NCBI GenBank assembly: GCA_000146045.2
Contig: BK006943.2
Coordinates: 480,001 to 544,000 of the forward strand
DNA length: 64,000 bases
Reading direction: 5' to 3'
Source of the DNA: TPA_inf: Saccharomyces
Lineage: Eukaryota
The notes beneath the pieces are model-generated. The model did no database searches and was not told the origin of the DNA. It saw only the letters and a program-made list of their open reading frames with translations. Within the stretch, counting starts at the first letter, position 1, and the number at the start of each line of letters is the position of its first letter. Shown piece after piece: positions 46,665 to 59,266 of the stretch. Made by a program: the position numbers and the translations under genes.

Positions 46665-46920
46665 ACAGGCCCCTTTTCCTTTGTCGATATCATGTAATTA
46701 GTTATGTCACGCTTACATTCACGCCCTCCTCCCACATCCGCTCTAACCGAAAAGGAAGGAGTTAGACAACCTGAAGTCTAGGTCCCTATTTATTTTTTTT
46801 AATAGTTATGTTAGTATTAAGAACGTTATTTATATTTCAAATTTTTCTTTTTTTTCTGTACAAACGCGTGTACGCATGTAACATTATACTGAAAACCTTG
46901 CTTGAGAAGGTTTTGGGACG
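46665..46920 (+). terminator. CYC1 transcription terminator / 3' end-formation region (the classical tCYC1). It overlaps the 3' end of convergent UTR1.
   Basis: ACAGGCCCCTTTTCCTTTGTCGATATCATGTAATTAGTTATGTCACGCTTACATTCACGCCCTCCTCCCACATCCGCTCTAACCG... with TAG...TATGT...TTT efficiency and positioning elements. Confidence 0.8.
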
Positions 46921-48476
46921 CTCGAAGGCTTTAATTTGCAAGCTTCGCAGTTTACACTCTCATCGTCGCTCTCATCATCGCTTCCGTTGTTGTTTTCCTT
47001 AGTAGCGTCTGCTTCCAGAGAGTATTTATCTCTTATTACCTCTAAAGGTTCTGCTTGATTTCTGACTTTGTTCGCCTCATGTGCATATTTTTCTTGGTTC
47101 TTTTGGGACAAAATATGCGTAAAGGACTTTTGTTGTTCCCTCACATTCCAGTTTAGTTGTCGACTGATACTGTTAATAAACTCATCGGGCGAGGCTTCCA
47201 CGGTTGGAAAAGCATATGGGCTGGCGCATATGGTTATAAAATCACCTTTTTGCAATTCAATTCTATCTTTCCCATCAAAAGCCGCCCATGCTGGAGCCCT
47301 TGACTTCATCGAGACTTTCACTTTTAAATTTATACTTTCTGGTAAGATGATGGGTCTGAAACTCAATGCATGTGGACAAATGGGTGTTAAAGCGATTGCA
47401 TTGACGGTTGGGCATACCAATGACCCACCTGCACTCAAAGAATAGGCCGTGGACCCAGTCGGAGTAGCAGCAATCAGTCCGTCCGCCTGCGCAACGGTCA
47501 TTAATGAGCCGTCACCATACAATTCTAACATGGATAGAAAAGGACTTGGACCACGATCGATGGTCACTTCGTTCAAAATGTGGTGTGTGCTTAGTTTTTC
47601 CACCACACATATTTTCTTCCCCGTGTTTGGGTCTACTTCAGGGCGGTGTCTACGATAAATTGTGCACTCCAACCTCAACCGTAAATTTGTCTTGATTTTA
47701 TGATTCATAATCCGAGGTAAATCCTCCCTGAAATGTTCAAACTTAAAATTTGTTAAAAATCCTAGAGACCCTAATGAAAACGACATAACGGGTGGTACAT
47801 GTCTCTGAAAAATGGAACTTACAAAAAGAACAGTACCGTCGCCACCCAAAGTCACTACCAAATCGAAGAAAACATCATGTTCCCTGATGAAATCCTTTGT
47901 CCAATACTTGATCCTTGATTCTCTACATTTACTATCTTCACATAACTCGCCAGCGGCAAATTTTTTGCTGTTTTTCAATTCGGAATCCACATAAACAGTC
48001 ACACGTGGAAAATGTACCAAAACCCATTCTACCAACTCTCTTGTTAAGAAATACAGTGAGACATCGTTGAGTTTCGTAACAATCATCAAATTTTCCACAT
48101 CCAGTTCCACTTTGGTATTAGATATATCTTTACTCAACATTCTTACACCATACGCCGTGGAGGCATACTGAAAGTGTGTATTACTACTCTTAGAACTTCC
48201 TCTTGTTCCGTTAATGCTCGTACCACCGCCACTGTTTGCATTGCCGTTCACGAGAGATGAATCTTTATTCAACAGGGAGCTTCTGCGCGAGCTGCTTTCA
48301 CTTGATATTTTCCTCAACATTTCTTTGGCGTTGTCGATATCCTGAGTTCTATCAATTTGCTCATTGTTCATCATGGCCTTCTTCATCAAGTTATTATTGT
48401 TGTTATGATGATCATTTCGACCATCTTCCTCATTTACCCATTTATCTACGCCATTATTCATGTCATTCTCCTTCAT
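46884..48476 (-). CDS. UTR1: UTR1, ATP-NADH kinase (530 aa).
   Basis: NAD kinase motifs GGDGTVL and DGLIAATPTGSTAYS. ATG at 48474-48476. Confidence 0.94.
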   Translation of the reverse strand: MKENDMNNGVDKWVNEEDGRNDHHNNNNNLMKKAMMNNEQIDRTQDIDNAKEMLRKISSESSSRRSSLLNKDSSLVNGNANSGGGTSINGTRGSSKSSNTHFQYASTAYGVRMLSKDISNTKVELDVENLMIVTKLNDVSLYFLTRELVEWVLVHFPRVTVYVDSELKNSKKFAAGELCEDSKCRESRIKYWTKDFIREHDVFFDLVVTLGGDGTVLFVSSIFQRHVPPVMSFSLGSLGFLTNFKFEHFREDLPRIMNHKIKTNLRLRLECTIYRRHRPEVDPNTGKKICVVEKLSTHHILNEVTIDRGPSPFLSMLELYGDGSLMTVAQADGLIAATPTGSTAYSLSAGGSLVCPTVNAIALTPICPHALSFRPIILPESINLKVKVSMKSRAPAWAAFDGKDRIELQKGDFITICASPYAFPTVEASPDEFINSISRQLNWNVREQQKSFTHILSQKNQEKYAHEANKVRNQAEPLEVIRDKYSLEADATKENNNGSDDESDDESVNCEACKLKPSSVPKPSQARFSV

Positions 48477-48696
48477 CTCAAGAGCTTTTACTCTACTTAT
48501 TTAGGGAGCCTATTGTATTTTTTTTTGGCTTACGATCACGATGTCAATGATCATTTGCCCTATTATACCTTTTTCTCCGTTCTCTTTGCGTAGTGCGGTG
48601 AAATAATTTCAGGATGCATGAAAGAGCAAATAAAAGTGACACACCGTTATATCGCAAGGCGCACCACATCAGTAATCAGATACCTGTGCATTCAAA

Positions 48697-49404
48697 ATGA
48701 GTAGAAATGTAGATAAGGCCAACTCAGTTCTGGTACGATTTCAAGAGCAGCAAGCAGAGTCGGCAGGTGGATACAAGGATTATTCACGTTACCAGAGGCC
48801 CAGGAACGTGTCTAAGGTAAAATCCATAAAAGAGGCCAACGAATGGAAGCGACAAGTAAGTAAAGAGATAAAACAAAAAAGCACAAGAATATATGATCCG
48901 TCTTTAAATGAAATGCAGATTGCGGAACTTAACGACGAACTTAATAATCTTTTCAAAGAATGGAAGAGATGGCAGTGGCACATTGACCATACACTTATGG
49001 AAAAAAAAACCAAGAGGAAAAGGTTAGAAGACAGTCATGTGCTGATGAATTCAGGAAAGCTGATAAATGGTAAGAGATATTTTGGAAGAGCCCTGGAATT
49101 GCCTGAAGTAAAAGAATGGCTCAAGCAGTCTCAAAGGCAGAATGATGGGGGTTCTATAAACACCAAATGCATACCGAAGGATAGAAATGATTTTTATTAC
49201 CATGGCAAAGTCACAGCCGCCTTAACCGAATTTGAGGCTAACTGGACATCCATTTTGAAAGCACATTATAATGTGCCTGTGAATGAAGATGAAGAAGAAA
49301 TGTCAAGGCAGACACAAGAAATCCATGTACCAACTCTGGCAGATATGGAGCATTGGTTAGTGCAAAGAAGAAAAAAGAAACTAATGGATGAACTTAACCT
49401 TTAG
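48697..49404 (+). CDS. ISY1: ISY1, NineTeen-complex splicing factor (235 aa).
   Basis: MSRNVDKANSVLVRFQEQQAE... with length 235 and synteny (YJR050W). Confidence 0.92.
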   Translation: MSRNVDKANSVLVRFQEQQAESAGGYKDYSRYQRPRNVSKVKSIKEANEWKRQVSKEIKQKSTRIYDPSLNEMQIAELNDELNNLFKEWKRWQWHIDHTLMEKKTKRKRLEDSHVLMNSGKLINGKRYFGRALELPEVKEWLKQSQRQNDGGSINTKCIPKDRNDFYYHGKVTAALTEFEANWTSILKAHYNVPVNEDEEEMSRQTQEIHVPTLADMEHWLVQRRKKKLMDELNL

Positions 49405-49833
49405 CTATGGAAAATTATTCAAACATTTAGAAGAGGCACTATTTCGAATGACCATCACAAGCATTATAATCTTCAAACATGTCCGAGCTGCAGATATGAA
49501 GTAAAATAGTGATCGGGACTCATTTTTTTTTCTTCTATGATATCATATTGTCCCGTTCGTTATTAAATGTAATTCTTCCACCGTACTAGTTATCGAAGGC
49601 AAGATCTCCTTTTTACGCTTAGGTAGATTACATAGATTTCATAATGTACACCAATACAAATGTATCTTATACACTCGTCAAATCTTATATGAATCATGCA
49701 GGAGTAGCTCTCGTTTTCTTTTTACGAGCTACTTGAAAAAAAAAAACTAGCGAAAATCCTTTGCTTAGAAATCCAGATTTAAAACAAAACCGCCGAAAAG
49801 GGAAAGATTTTATGATAGGAAATACCTTAATAA

Positions 49834-51366
<1,533 letters not shown>

Positions 51367-51827
51367 GAATTTATAGGGAAATAAAAGATATTTTTGCAAC
51401 GTACTTTACATTTCAATAATTAATGCGACATGATAGGATATACTGTTTGCTATTTCTTTCCGTAACGATATACGATTTTTTCTTTTCTTTGGAGTTCCAA
51501 ATGAAGAATATATCTTGTTGGGAAAAGCTATAGTATTAGGTTTACAGAATATGGTAGAGGTTTCTCCCCGACGATATAGGAATCTACAAGAGAGAGCATG
51601 ATTCTACACGATAATACTGCAATTTCTTCTTTGCGTTGAAGTGTCACCATTGCCTATCCTTTTACATTATCAATGTCAATGTTCCCTCTTCTAACAAACT
51701 GAATGACTTTTCTACACGATTCATATTATCTTCTTGCGCAGTAAATTATGTTAACGTAATAGTAGGGTCTCTTGTGCTTCATTATTTTGTAACTGTACAC
51801 ATAATTGACACGTTTAACAATTAGTGA

Positions 51828-51898
51828 GCGCAAGTGGTTTAGTGGTAAAATCCAACGTTGCCATCGTTGGGCCCCCGGTTCGATTCCGGGCTTGCGCA
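51828..51898 (+). tRNA. tG(GCC): tRNA-Gly (anticodon GCC), 71 nt.
   Basis: GCGCAAGTGGTTTAGTGGTAAAATCCAACGTTGCCATCGTTGGGCCCCCGGTTCGATTCCGGGCTTGCGCA, followed by T7. Confidence 0.96.
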
Positions 51899-52061
51899 GT
51901 TTCTTTTCTTTTTTTCTGGAAAATAAGAAAACTTATTTATGGAAGCAAAAATGGAATAAAGGATTGGGACGAAGTTAGTGAAAAAAAACTGAAATAGTCC
52001 TAGAGTAACTCCGAAGTGTCTTTGTATAAGCTATTATCTAGAAATCACGAGAGGGGAAGAA

Positions 52062-53759
52062 ATGTATCGCAGTAGAAACCGACCAAAAAGAGGTGGAGAA
52101 AATGAAGTTAAGGGACCAAATTCTGCCTTGACTCAATTTTTAAGAGAAGAAGGGATCAGTGCTGAAAATATCAAACAAAAATGGTACCAGCGACAGTCGA
52201 AGAAGCAAGAAGATGCAACAGACGAAAAAAAAGGTAAAGCGGAGGATGATAGCTTTACTGCCGAGATATCTCGAGTAGTTGAAGATGAAGAAATTGATGA
52301 AATTGGAACAGGTAGTGGTACCGAGACAGAAAGAGCTCAGGTTTCCTACGATGCCAGGATGAAATTAGTCCCTGCTGATAGTGATGAAGAAGAATATGAA
52401 ACTAGCCACATTTCTGACACGCCAGTCAGTTTAAGTTCGGCTAATGACCGGGAATCATTGACTAAAAAAAGGCAAAATACTGCAAAAATTATCCAAAATC
52501 GTCGCAGAAAGCGTAAAAGAGCAGCTGACCTATTGGATAGACGCGTCAACAAAGTATCCAGCTTACAAAGTCTTTGTATTACGAAAATTAGTGAAAATAT
52601 ATCCAAGTGGCAAAAAGAGGCTGATGAATCATCAAAGTTGGTATTTAACAAATTGAGAGATGTCCTTGGTGGCGTATCAACCGCTAATTTGAATAATTTG
52701 GCAAAAGCACTATCGAAGAATAGGGCCCTGAATGATCATACTCTGCAACTTTTCTTGAAGACAGATCTAAAAAGGTTAACTTTCAGCGATTGTTCTAAAA
52801 TTTCATTTGATGGTTACAAAACGCTAGCCATTTTTTCGCCACACCTAACCGAATTATCCCTACAAATGTGTGGGCAGTTGAACCATGAATCATTGCTTTA
52901 CATTGCTGAAAAGCTTCCGAACTTGAAATCACTGAATTTAGATGGACCATTTCTGATCAACGAGGACACATGGGAGAAGTTCTTTGTAATAATGAAAGGT
53001 AGATTAGAAGAGTTCCACATTTCTAATACGCACCGCTTCACCGACAAATCATTATCTAATTTATTGATCAACTGCGGTTCTACCTTGGTATCCTTAGGGT
53101 TATCCAGACTAGATTCTATATCAAATTACGCTTTATTACCGCAGTACCTAGTCAACGACGAATTTCACAGTCTCTGTATTGAATATCCATTCAATGAAGA
53201 GGATGTTAACGATGAGATCATCATAAATCTGCTAGGTCAAATCGGGCGCACGTTACGTAAATTGGTTTTGAATGGCTGTATTGACTTGACAGATTCAATG
53301 ATAATCAATGGTCTGACTGCATTCATTCCTGAGAAATGTCCATTGGAGGTATTGAGCTTGGAAGAATCAGATCAGATCACTACAGATTCACTGTCGTACT
53401 TTTTCAGCAAAGTAGAACTGAATAATTTGATTGAATGCAGCTTTAGAAGATGTCTACAATTGGGCGATATGGCAATTATAGAGCTATTGCTTAACGGAGC
53501 AAGAGATAGTCTGAGAAGCTTAAATCTCAATTCATTAAAAGAGCTAACTAAGGAGGCATTTGTGGCGTTAGCCTGTCCTAATCTGACGTATCTTGATCTT
53601 GGTTTTGTACGTTGTGTTGATGACTCGGTGATTCAAATGTTGGGTGAGCAAAATCCGAATTTAACTGTAATTGATGTTTTCGGAGACAATTTGGTTACTG
53701 AAAAGGCCACAATGAGGCCTGGACTTACGTTGATAGGGAGACAGAGTGACAGTATATAA
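52062..53759 (+). CDS. RAD7: RAD7, nucleotide-excision-repair protein with leucine-rich repeats (565 aa).
   Basis: N-terminal basic/acidic region then LRRs (LTELSLQMCGQLN.., LKSLNLDGPFLIN..). ATG at 52062. Confidence 0.93.
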   Translation: MYRSRNRPKRGGENEVKGPNSALTQFLREEGISAENIKQKWYQRQSKKQEDATDEKKGKAEDDSFTAEISRVVEDEEIDEIGTGSGTETERAQVSYDARMKLVPADSDEEEYETSHISDTPVSLSSANDRESLTKKRQNTAKIIQNRRRKRKRAADLLDRRVNKVSSLQSLCITKISENISKWQKEADESSKLVFNKLRDVLGGVSTANLNNLAKALSKNRALNDHTLQLFLKTDLKRLTFSDCSKISFDGYKTLAIFSPHLTELSLQMCGQLNHESLLYIAEKLPNLKSLNLDGPFLINEDTWEKFFVIMKGRLEEFHISNTHRFTDKSLSNLLINCGSTLVSLGLSRLDSISNYALLPQYLVNDEFHSLCIEYPFNEEDVNDEIIINLLGQIGRTLRKLVLNGCIDLTDSMIINGLTAFIPEKCPLEVLSLEESDQITTDSLSYFFSKVELNNLIECSFRRCLQLGDMAIIELLLNGARDSLRSLNLNSLKELTKEAFVALACPNLTYLDLGFVRCVDDSVIQMLGEQNPNLTVIDVFGDNLVTEKATMRPGLTLIGRQSDSI

Positions 53760-54026
53760 TAAAATAAAGACATATAAAACGTGTATTAGATAGAAAACGG
53801 AAAATTGACTAATGTTTTTATTCCTATTATACTCAGATCGTCAAATGTTGCCTTTATTTTCTATTGAAGGGATTTTATGGCATCTCGCGAATAATAAACA
53901 AACAATAATAGTAAAAAAAAAAGTGTAAACTTATGTATTCAGCGCAGATAAAAGGAAAAAAACGAGAAGTTTGACGTAAAGAAAAAAGTTCGAAAACTTT
54001 TGTAGCAGTTGAAAGTTTTGTATGCT

Positions 54027-55751
54027 ATGTCAATTAGGCCTCTCACGTTAAACGGTTTAGATGAGCCAGAAACCTCTTTTGAAGAACTGAATACAACTCT
54101 ACCTCGCTTTCAATCCCATGAAACATTAACTTTGGAAGAAAACGTGCCACCATTGAGTACATCAACTTATATACCGCCTCCATCCTCGGTAGGTACTTCT
54201 GACACTGGCACGGTATTTTCCAATAGTACCAGCGCGTTTTGGTCTAATAAGCAAGCAGACGATGATCAGGACATGGAGGTAGACCAGGATGATGAATTTC
54301 TAAATGACTTCCAGGAATTCCAAAATAAAAAGGATGATTTTGACGATGCTATTAAAACAAATTTTCATTTGAGAAATGGATGTCGAACTGGCCCTTTCAA
54401 AAACGACATTTTCGCAGAAGAGTTTGATAGAAAACTGAGTTTGGAAGATAAACCAAGGCTAAAGCAACCTAGATCAATGATGGAATTGAAACCAAAAAGA
54501 AAACTATCAAATAGCGTCACTTCAAGAAACTTAAGGTCTGGTAATTCTGTAAGATTTAAGAAATCTATGCCTAACTTAGCTTTAGTTAATCCAGCTATCA
54601 GAGAAGAAGAAGAGGACGAAGAACGAGAAAGAGAAGATCAACGAGAGTTTAATTACAAGATTGATAACGATACGCAGGACACAATTTTGGCGAAATTCAG
54701 TTCAGATGATGAAGGTGACTTTCTGACAGGATTTGAAGAATTAGAGGGTGAAGCAATTGATGAAACGATTTCTTCGAACGATAAAGAAAGTGCCGACCAT
54801 CCGCGTTTCTTAAAGAAGTCATCCTCATCTTTGCCATTAAAAATATCACCTGCACAATATGATATAGTAAAGCATGACGAATTATTAACTCCAGGTCTTC
54901 ATAGGCGACAACGAGATTGGAATACCCAGCAGGAACTGGACTCTTTTAAAGAAAAACGATCAGTAAGACACTGTTCTAATCAAAATGTACAACTCAATGG
55001 TCCAGCTAAAATCAAAACAATAAAACAGCAAATTGATCATAATACTCCAATGAAGAAAGGTTCTATGATATATAACCCGAAAACTATGAAGTGGGAAGGA
55101 AATGAAAACGTCTTAAGCAAATTTAGTGATGTAGACACGGCAAACAGGAAAGCTTTATTGATAAAAAACAAGCTACAACGAGATGCAGATTCTAAGAAGC
55201 AAAAATATTCTGATCTACAGCATGCAAGAGCCACTTCGAGAAATCAAAAGGTCATCGGGAACATGATTTTAGATGAACAAAATTTAAGATGGGTTAGTGT
55301 TTCAGAGGAAGAAGCAGACCCTTTTGCAGGCATTCCTGAGATAAACTTACCACCAGTTGGCAAAAGTATGAAAAAACGTAGCTCCTCACCATTTTTGCGT
55401 TCCAAAAGCCAAGTTAATACGCCATTTGTTTCAAATGACAATGATGGCGTTTATCAAAGTACGGCTGCTCAAGCAAGACTCCGTAAATACCATTCAATGA
55501 GGACACTTAACGGTACAACAGAAACTCCAGAAATAAGCTCTACTTTCCATTTGAGTTCAAGAGCATTGGAAAAATTTTACCACGAGGAGAACAGGTGGTG
55601 TAAAAAGTTAGCCTCATGGTTTATACCCCGAGATGAGACCATTATCAGTGTTGATGAGGAAACAATCATGGATGAAAGTACGGTCAATAGCAAGAGAAAA
55701 TCCTATATGTATGAAATCAGGAACATGGTAATCAATTCGACAAAAGATTAG
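54027..55751 (+). CDS. BFA1: BFA1, component of the Bub2-Bfa1 GAP (mitotic exit/spindle position checkpoint), 574 aa.
   Basis: First ATG is at 54027 (MSIRPLTLNGLDEPETSFEELN...). The tracked ORF begins at TTG 54009. Confidence 0.9.
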   Translation: MSIRPLTLNGLDEPETSFEELNTTLPRFQSHETLTLEENVPPLSTSTYIPPPSSVGTSDTGTVFSNSTSAFWSNKQADDDQDMEVDQDDEFLNDFQEFQNKKDDFDDAIKTNFHLRNGCRTGPFKNDIFAEEFDRKLSLEDKPRLKQPRSMMELKPKRKLSNSVTSRNLRSGNSVRFKKSMPNLALVNPAIREEEEDEEREREDQREFNYKIDNDTQDTILAKFSSDDEGDFLTGFEELEGEAIDETISSNDKESADHPRFLKKSSSSLPLKISPAQYDIVKHDELLTPGLHRRQRDWNTQQELDSFKEKRSVRHCSNQNVQLNGPAKIKTIKQQIDHNTPMKKGSMIYNPKTMKWEGNENVLSKFSDVDTANRKALLIKNKLQRDADSKKQKYSDLQHARATSRNQKVIGNMILDEQNLRWVSVSEEEADPFAGIPEINLPPVGKSMKKRSSSPFLRSKSQVNTPFVSNDNDGVYQSTAAQARLRKYHSMRTLNGTTETPEISSTFHLSSRALEKFYHEENRWCKKLASWFIPRDETIISVDEETIMDESTVNSKRKSYMYEIRNMVINSTKD

Positions 55752-56055
55752 CCCTTTAGCCTTCTTATAACTGTTTCTTTACCGTTATCTTGAGTACATT
55801 CATTTCTCTTACATTCCAAAATTAGATAGAACCTTGAATCGTGTCAACTTTTCGCCGACATTTCGCGTCTGACAGAAAAAGAAATGTTGCAGAAAATTCG
55901 AATAGATGTTTCAAATGAAAATAGACCATGAGGGACACATTAACATTTCAAACAAAAGAGCCCTTGATGATTATTAAAACAGATCTTTATGGTTTGTTTA
56001 GCAAACACTTTGGTAATTTCATGAATATTTGACTAGCAGGAACAGAAAATCAAAA

Positions 56056-57549
56056 ATGTTTAACCATGATTGGAAGTACTCCATTAATTCTAAGACTTTC
56101 GCCGATTTAAACATTGAATTATTTCGAAACCACAAGTTCAAAACTGTTTTAAATTACATAATAGGTGTAGTTGGGTGGAATGGATTAAAACTCGCCCTTT
56201 TTGTTTCTGACATTTACACATGTATCAAATTGCTGGCATTCAACTCCTGGTCAAACAACATCATCAAACCATACTTACCCTTTAAAATATCCAAATGGTT
56301 GTTTAGCGGTTGTATTTTAGCATCGATTGTGCTATTGATATGGGAGGCTATAGCGGGAATGAGGATTTACAAAACGGGAAATATCTCTTTGACTTATGTC
56401 AACAATTTTTCCAGAAACCTAAATTCAGTGCTCAATTATTCCAAGTTTTGTGTTTATAATATGATCGAACGAAAGGGTTTTCGACAGAAAATGACATTTT
56501 TTACTTTTTTTCAACTGAAAGATTGTATTAGATTAATCTTCACGGATACCCCAAGGCAAGTTATTAATGGTCTTACGCTGTGGTCAGTTCTCGTAACAGT
56601 AAATAAAAACGAGGATCTAGGCGATCTGGAATCATTTACCGGTTTGATCAACAAAATAAAGAACATTGGCCAGACCAATCATGAAGAAGCAGTGATATTG
56701 TCGCTGATGCTATTTTCCTTTATAATCTGGGCATTATTTGTCTTCAAGTTTCTGCTTGCTGTCATTTGCTCGATTTTTGTTTATTATAAAATAATCAATG
56801 ATCAGGAATATAGCGGGTTGCGTGAGTACATTTGTGTTACCGTCAGCGAAAATGTTGATGAACTTGTTGAAAGACAAAGGAAAAAGGAAAATGATGACAC
56901 GATTTATAAGACAGGTCTTCTCGAATCTCAGACTTTTGACGATTTTAAAGAAGTTGAAAATAAAATTGAAACATCTTTTAATGATACGTCATATGCTTCT
57001 AATAATGATTCTATGATTGAGCTAATAGAGAGAAGACCCGAATACAAAAGTCAGGATGTATGTGGGCCCATTCCCACAATGAAGAAAACGGAAACAATGG
57101 AATCGTTCGTTGACAATGGCAATCCACAATATACCACTAGATTCTCTGCGATTCTAGATTCACCATATATCAACAGCTATGAAAGTAATGATATAAAGAA
57201 AGCAAAAATACAAAGCAGAAGCGTAAATACTCCAAAATATGAGGATTTGTCTTCTTCTGACATTTTCAACAAAATACACTCTGCTGGACAATTAAAATCT
57301 ACAACTTCTATGGAGTTTCACGGGCCATTAGATTCTATGCCAAATACAACAAACAACATCCGTAATTTTAATAGCAACAGTAGTAGACCTAGACCACCTC
57401 CTTTACAGACAAAAAGTTCGATTAATTCAAAAGCTGACTCGAATGATAATGGAAGGATTTATACACCAATGAAAGCGTACTTCAGGGAGCCTGATCTTCC
57501 GAGGAAGGGTTTGCTGGAAGATGAAGATCGTACATATAATTATACTTAA
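56056..57549 (+). CDS. KCH1: KCH1, plasma-membrane K+ transporter-related protein (497 aa, multiple TM segments).
   Basis: First ATG is at 56056 (MFNHDWKYSINSKTF...). The tracked ORF begins at TTG 56029. Hydrophobic N-terminal half. Confidence 0.88.
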   Translation: MFNHDWKYSINSKTFADLNIELFRNHKFKTVLNYIIGVVGWNGLKLALFVSDIYTCIKLLAFNSWSNNIIKPYLPFKISKWLFSGCILASIVLLIWEAIAGMRIYKTGNISLTYVNNFSRNLNSVLNYSKFCVYNMIERKGFRQKMTFFTFFQLKDCIRLIFTDTPRQVINGLTLWSVLVTVNKNEDLGDLESFTGLINKIKNIGQTNHEEAVILSLMLFSFIIWALFVFKFLLAVICSIFVYYKIINDQEYSGLREYICVTVSENVDELVERQRKKENDDTIYKTGLLESQTFDDFKEVENKIETSFNDTSYASNNDSMIELIERRPEYKSQDVCGPIPTMKKTETMESFVDNGNPQYTTRFSAILDSPYINSYESNDIKKAKIQSRSVNTPKYEDLSSSDIFNKIHSAGQLKSTTSMEFHGPLDSMPNTTNNIRNFNSNSSRPRPPPLQTKSSINSKADSNDNGRIYTPMKAYFREPDLPRKGLLEDEDRTYNYT

Positions 57550-57736
57550 TAGGCTGGCAAAAGCCCTTTGCATATTTCATGAATTAGATAGACGTGATTA
57601 GAAACAGCCGTTAGTATGTTTCTGATAAAAATAATACTTTTTTTGTAACACTATTTTCATATATTGGATTGATACCGGTTATAGCACAAACATAACAGCC
57701 ATGAAAGTTTCTTTGAAAACCCCTTTTAACATTTGC

Positions 57737-58052
57737 TTGTAAGAGATAGGTTAATTTTTTATAGTTGCTGAGATTCCATTGTTGGTAAAGACTTAATATT
57801 AGGTATACAGAATATACTAGGAGTTCTCTCTGGGTATGTAGGAATCCACAAAAGGGTGTCACTAGTTCAACATAATAACATCTTTTTTTTATTCCTTCTT
57901 TGATATTTTGTCATATTATCCTATTATTTTATCAATCCTTGCATTTCAGCTTCCAATAGATTTGATATTTGTTTCTCAATATTATGTCATCTTCATACAC
58001 AGTATGTGATAATATACTAGTAACATGAATACTACTAAATGAGTACTACCTT
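57737..58052 (-). repeat. Solo delta LTR of a diverged subfamily, truncated at its 5' end (element orientation).
   Basis: Reverse-complement alignment to the delta at 63447-63780 (GGGTATGTAGGAATCCACAAAAGGGTGTCACTAGTTCAACATAATAA; CAATCCTTGCATTTCAGCTTCC). Confidence 0.8.
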
Positions 58053-58102
58053 AGGGGTTCATTACAGCAGCTTAAGCGAAAGTAGAAAATGAGGCGGATA
58101 TT

Positions 58103-58434
58103 TGTTGGAATAAAAATCAACTATCATCTACTAACTAGTATTTACGTTACTAGTATATTATCATATACGGTGTTAGAAGATGACGCAAATGATGAGAAAT
58201 AGTCATCTAAATTAGTGGAAGCTGAAACGCAAGGATTGATAATGTAATAGGATCAATGAATATTAACATATAAAATGATGATAATAATATTTATAGAATT
58301 GTGTAGAATTGCAGATTCCCTTTTATGGATTCCTAAATCCTCGAGGAGAACTTCTAGTATATCTACATACCTAATATTATTGCCTTATTAAAAATGGAAT
58401 CCCAACAATTACATCAAAATCCACATTCTCTACA
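58103..58434 (+). repeat. Intact canonical solo delta LTR (332 bp) with a perfect 5-bp target-site duplication ATATT, 120 bp upstream of tR(CCU).
   Basis: TGTTGGAATAAAAATCAACTATCATCTACTAACTAGTATTTACG...ATCCACATTCTCTACA, flanked by ATATT at 58098-58102 and 58435-58439. Confidence 0.92.
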
Positions 58435-58554
58435 ATATTGATTTCCATCGTGTAAGTTTTCTGCACGAAGTTTATTCATTCAATTTGAAGTGCTTCGTAA
58501 TAATATTACTATGCAACTTAGGTACCTCATATTTCTTAGAGTTCAACCAAGTTG

Positions 58555-58626
58555 GTTCCGTTGGCGTAATGGTAACGCGTCTCCCTCCTAAGGAGAAGAC
58601 TGCGGGTTCGAGTCCCGTACGGAACG
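58555..58626 (+). tRNA. HSX1: tRNA-Arg (anticodon CCU), 72 nt. HSX1 is the single-copy AGG decoder.
   Basis: GTTCCGTTGGCGTAATGGTAACGCGTCTCCCTCCTAAGGAGAAGACTGCGGGTTCGAGTCCCGTACGGAACG, followed by T16. Confidence 0.93.
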
Positions 58627-58771
58627 TTGATTATTTTTTTTTTTTCGTTTCTTTATAGAAAAAATTCAGACGATATTACCTTGCGATGAGATAATCTTAC
58701 CGCAGAAAGAGTGCCACAGTGGTAATAACTAGTTGAAGGTTCATATTATATAAAAAACTCTAAGAATAAAA

Positions 58772-59266
58772 ATGGTATCTAGTGCAGTTAAATGTGGCAT
58801 ATGTCGCGGAGTTGATGGTAAATATAAATGTCCTAAATGTGGCGTACGATATTGCTCCTTGAAATGCTATAAAGATGCTGCAAAGCATGTTCATAAGGAA
58901 AGCGAACAACCCAGGGCTGGTACAGAAGCTAATGTGGAAGTTGTTAATAACGATAAGATCATAAACAGTTCACTCGCAATGAATAAAACATTAAAGACGA
59001 AGGCATTCGATGATATATATCAAAATAGCGCAGAATTGCAAGAGCTGTTGAAATACAACACGGTGAAGTTCCATTTGGCAAAGGTTTATAGAATTTTGTC
59101 CAGTACTGTTAACGATGGAAGTTCTGGAAAAATGAACAGCGATCTACAAAAAGAACTAGCTGTAAATTATTTGAATACATTACGATATGGTGGTATACAT
59201 TATAATGAAGCAATTGAGGAATTTTGCCAGATTTTATTAGATAAATTAAATGCGGTGAAGAAATAA
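58772..59266 (+). CDS. HIT1: HIT1, zf-HIT zinc-finger protein involved in box C/D snoRNP assembly (164 aa).
   Basis: zf-HIT motif CGICRGVDGKYKCPKCGVRYCSLKCYKDAAKH. ATG at 58772. Confidence 0.93.
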   Translation: MVSSAVKCGICRGVDGKYKCPKCGVRYCSLKCYKDAAKHVHKESEQPRAGTEANVEVVNNDKIINSSLAMNKTLKTKAFDDIYQNSAELQELLKYNTVKFHLAKVYRILSSTVNDGSSGKMNSDLQKELAVNYLNTLRYGGIHYNEAIEEFCQILLDKLNAVKK

